Source of the DNA: the human T2T-CHM13v2.0 reference genome, Homo sapiens
DNA: 64,000 bases
Direction: 5' to 3' (one strand)
NCBI RefSeq assembly: GCF_009914755.1
Contig: NC_060928.1
Numbering within the stretch: the first letter of the stretch is position 1; each line of letters starts with the position of its first letter. Positions 59,070 to 64,000 of this stretch are shown here, piece after piece. The translations under genes and the position numbers were made by a program. Below the pieces are notes generated by a model, which was not told the DNA's origin, ran no database searches, and worked only from the letters and a program-made list of their open reading frames with translations.

Positions 59070-59071
<2 letters not shown>
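58781..59071 (+). mobile_element. Alu (AluSg/Sc-like)
   Basis: Full Alu; TSD agaaactcaa/agaaattcaa enclosing the tail repeat. Confidence 0.95.
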
Positions 59072-59144
<73 letters not shown>

Positions 59145-59207
59145 GAAGGAAGGAAGGAAGGAAGGAAGGAAGGAAGGAAGGAAGGAAGGAAGGAAGGAAG
59201 GAAGGAA
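59072..59207. repeat. (GAAA)18(GGAA)16 compound tetranucleotide STR
   Basis: Counted directly: GAAA 59072-59143, GGAA 59144-59207. Confidence 0.95.
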
Positions 59208-61609
59208 GAGAAATTCAATTTTGGGGGTTGTGGCAAACACTACAGCTAAGCTGCAAGTTCTTGCACCCTTACAAGTGGTCATGTGGCATGGCTTTCGGCC
59301 AATGAAAAGCCTGCTTAGGATTTCTGCAAAAGTTTTGCTGTCCTTTTACAGGTTTTGCCCCTTCCTCCATATTGCTTCTGTTCTTTCCTCCTGCCCAGAG
59401 CATGAAGGAAGATACAGTGCAGCAGCTATTTTTGAATTAGGAGAATGAAGACTAAGGAGACTGGAATAGAATCAAGATTAATTCAGCAGTTACCATAATA
59501 GGCAGCAGCATGGATTTGGCCCATAGACATTATTTGCTGACCCCTACTATAGACAAATGGATTAAGTTCAGCCCAGAATCAAGACAGAATAGGAAGGGAA
59601 ATGATAATACAAACTGTGCAACTGCAGAAGAGGAGAAAGGGTGCAAAATACATTAAGAACACCTGTGTCCACAGCTCACTCAGTGACGGAACATCAAGTA
59701 CCAAGGATATGTACAAGTTCCAGACAGTGGTTAAAACACACTTCCTCAGGTTAAGATAAGTTCAGGAAGTGGAAAAGTTCACACTACAGCTGAGATAATT
59801 CAGTTTTGAGATAACAGGATGAGTTGGAGCTGAAACTAATGGAATGTGCCATAAAATTGTATAGAAATCAATCTTAGTTTTTTTTATCTTCTTTTTCTTC
59901 AAAGAGGGTTTGTTATAATAAAATATTCTCAGACCTCCTTCTATCCTTGTTATACTTTTTAAGACACCCTGGATGGTAGTAAATCCTTGGATTCCATTTC
60001 AGGATATAAGCAGAAAGAGATGGGAAGAGACCATGAAATCTCTCAAGAGAGAATGTCAAGAGAGGCATTATCATCATTATGGTCTCTCTTGCATGATCTC
60101 AGGTATTATGAGATAAAATACAAGTGTACTATTGCTTTGTGAATCTGAGGCTATCTGGCCTTTCTTAACATGAAATACATCATGGCATGTCTTGAAAACT
60201 TAAGCTTTGATCATGTTCAGTGAATAGAGAGGATTGAACGTTTGATCAATCTAATGAATTGAAACACAGTTCGCGAGGAACTCTGAAGACTTTTCATTCT
60301 GTCATCATTCCACTATGTGGTAAATAATAGCTAGCACATATTGATCACTTATTAGGCATCAGGCACTTTGTAGTGCGCTGTATACAGTCTACAATTGAGC
60401 GCATCTAATCTTCCAAACAGCAGTATAAGGTGTCATGACCATGCTAACTTTTCAGACAGTCTTATAGGGAAAGGGCAAGTTTCTTAACCTCAATTTGTAT
60501 GAAGCACTAAGATATTTCAATGAATATTCCGGATCAAATGTGTTTCTCCTTATAATTTTTGGTGGCAAAAAAAATCTGCTGTCAAATACATAATGTACTT
60601 TTGTTTCCTAGGTTATACAGCTCTAGCTACAGTCTTGAGCCCTACACAACCCTGAAACTGGGAGTAAACAAATGTCACAAACATGACTGTATTATTCTTT
60701 AAAACATTTTATTTACAATTCAGTTTGGTGAGTAGTTGTCTTTAAAGTTTTTATTCTTTAAATATTTGCTTTTCTTTCTATTTTATAATATATCAATACT
60801 TAGGAAAATACAGTCTGAATAAATGTGTATAACTTTTCAAAATAATTTTTAAGATACCAGCAAAAATTTGGTAAAAATTGGGCAAATAATTGTTGATATA
60901 ATATATTAATGCACAAGGAAGGCAACGCATAGACCATGAGAGCTCTCAGCTCTTTGTAAATGTCTTAAAAGCTACATAGGACTCATTGTTTAAGCTAATT
61001 CTATATCATTGGATAAGGAGTTATCAAAAGCTTCCAAGTACCACAATAAAATAAGTATATTAATTTATTTGTTTATTCATTCAGTAAATATTTATTGATA
61101 ATTTTTAAGGATCAGACTAAACAAGATGGACCAAGTCCTGGCTTTCTCAGCACTTGCACATCAACAGACAGCTGTGTCCACAATCAGTAAGTTGAGGATG
61201 GCAGGACAGATCACCAGAGCATAAGCAAAGGTATGAGCTACACTCACAGCTAAGACACTGAACTATCTGCCCTGGGTCTAAGCAAAGGCCACAGGGTTGG
61301 TTTTCCAGAAGCTCCAAGATAGGTGCATGTATATCCAGATCCAATGTTCACAGCTTGGAACTGTAATCTTTAAAAGCTAAGTTGAGGGCTCAAGTCAAAA
61401 CATTTCTCTCCCAATAAAAATCATGACTACTTGCAGAAGGAAAAGCCTGGCTATTTGGTTTTTAGGGAGTCAGGAGCACTAACCTGCTCTTTCGGCTTGC
61501 AAGCTTGCAATTCTAGGCTTCCAAGTGAAAACCAACCTGCTTATCTTGCCTCATCTAGAATTAGAGGGGTGACAGAGGAAATTGGGAAGTAGTTTTGAAA
61601 GCTGCAGTG

Positions 61610-62051
<442 letters not shown>

Positions 62052-63316
62052 TAATGTCAGGAAAGGGCAAGAATCTTGAATCTGAAATAATAATGATGAC
62101 AATGGGGTTGAAAAAAAGTAAAAAGTTATTGCCTGGAGGTAAGATTATTTTTTTTAACCTAGTATTTTAAATATATTATTTTATTCTACTTTAGGTGTTA
62201 AATACATGAAGTAGTTAATTGTCAGCAATAATATAATGTAAAGTCAAAGTACAAGAAAGTCTTATGCTTTCAAGCCTTGATGTAAAAAATAATTATATGA
62301 AGTAAGTTAGGAATGAGGTGGGTAGGAAATTGAGGGTGCCTTGCTATTTTCAGCAACTGTCAGAGTGTTCGGTGCATGATACATATTTTCTGAATATTTT
62401 CAGAAAATCATTTCTGATGTGTCAGTATACTTTGAGTCTTGGAACACTTAACTGCAAAACGAAGTCGCTGTGATAGAGAAAAAGGAATATGTATATATAA
62501 ATGCAGAGATATAATGAGATAGATGCACATTTACATTTTGAAAATCAGGTTTTCTTCACTGCAAAAATATGTGGGGTTCTTCTGAGGTTAATAATTATTA
62601 CATAAGACCAATGATAAAACTGCATTTCTTTGTTATGAAGCCTAAGATATTAGGTGTGTTTTCATGCAATTGCATTTTAAAAACAATTCTGTGCAATCAT
62701 CTTATTTTGTAGTGATGTTCATAAACATACTTAATAATAGATACATTTTTTATTACAACAAAATACTACTTTAATAAAAACACCAAGTTATTTCGAAATG
62801 CACAGGAAAAGTTTCTCTCCATTGTTGTGCATGCTGAAAGACCACAGTGGGAAGCACACAGGCAGAGGGAAATCTCAGAAATATGAACTGTAACACCACA
62901 CATAGCAGCATTCTGGTCTCACAAGTCAGTAGATACTTTCCCCACTAAAATTTTGTTTCAATAATTAATATAAGCTTTTTTCATCTGAAGTATCTCTAAA
63001 TCAGAGAAGGTTAAAATCAATCTGTATGTATGAACTTGCTGACAAGCTAGTGTAGCCACTTGCCTTTAGGTTTTTATTATTTTCCCAGTGGCTGATGGGC
63101 AGGCAGCAGTGTTAAGCCTGCTAACTGAAACATATTCTAAATTATATGGATCTCTGGAGGGGATGCATTCTACTTAACCTTGGCGTTTGTTTTAAATTAC
63201 AGGAATCTACCATATTATATTATCCAAGATTTTTAAAAATAGCTTTTATTCCTTTTCTAAATTGCATCTCAAGGTTGTTAGATTTCCTATTAAAAGCTAA
63301 TTAATTAAAGAGAAAA

Positions 63317-63372
63317 TACATACATATGTGTGAGTGTGTATATATATGTATATATACATATGTATATATATA
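63317..63372. repeat. TA/TG/CA simple repeat
   Basis: Directly visible. Confidence 0.85.
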
Positions 63373-64000
63373 CTCTTCTACACCTGCCAGCCAGAACCAA
63401 CAATAATATTGTCCCAAGCTATATAGTACCTGCTTCCAAAGAAGTTTAAAGTCCATTTTAGAGAGCCAATTATTGATGTTTAAAGTCTGTAAATCATGAA
63501 GGTAGCAATACTTCTAAGTATCAAAATAAAAGCTATGAAATGCCATATCATGAATATATGCTCTCTCACTTAAACTGTTAGAATTTTCATTTTTTAAATA
63601 AATTTTATTGTATGTATTTCAGGTATACAACACGATGCTATTCCTGCTCTGTTTGCTATTCAAAATCTCCCCCTTTTGAAATAATATCACTAAAAGGACT
63701 AAAAGCAAATTGTTTGCTTAATGGGTTGACTGATTTTTAAAGACTAAAAGAGTCAAATATAGATGACACCAAAATGTGGTCCAGAACCAATAGCTTGTCT
63801 AGCCTGAAGACCGGATGAATTATTTTATCCCATTTTAGACCATTTCCATCTGTTATTTCCAACACAAATTAAATAAGTCACAAGAAGGTATCATGATCAA
63901 GGATACCTTTCTGGAGAATAGCCATGTTGATTTTAAACTAACAGAAATTTATTTGTGGGGTAAGTATGGATACTTAATAAGGAAAAACAGAAAAAAACTT

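Noticed and set aside
58990-59448. 152-aa KERK/EGRK-rich ORF and similar Alu- or STR-derived ORFs (34161-34539, 35723-36088, 41868-42146, 61541-61843)
   Set aside because: Translations of Alu bodies and purine microsatellites

Overview
This is AT-rich, CpG-depleted primate (very likely human) genomic DNA, essentially intronic or intergenic and dense in interspersed repeats: about 20 Alus, MIR/L2, old L1M, MaLR/ERVL LTRs, hAT MER elements and many microsatellites. There is no prokaryotic-type system, CRISPR array, rRNA or tRNA. The best functional candidate is a minus-strand first exon at about 31.4-31.8 kb. It has a TATATAAA box, a (CA)n-containing 5'UTR, a 36-codon ORF and a strong phase-1 AAG|GTAAG donor, inside a transposon-poor, microsatellite-flanked island; its peptide weakly resembles KChIP/KCNIP N-terminal exons, but the gene is not identified. 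Other notable structures are a twin-primed inverted L1PA with a ~3.2 kb internal deletion and 12-bp TSD, a four-level nested insertion (MIR > MLT1A > MLT2A1 > ~0.95 kb purine-pyrimidine VNTR), a degenerate ~32-bp minisatellite inside an old LTR, a CTCF-like motif, candidate plus-strand noncoding exons and a pure (GGAA)16 tract. Repeat family names come from recalled consensus sequences and boundaries are approximate. Almost all ORFs in the supplied track are spurious.
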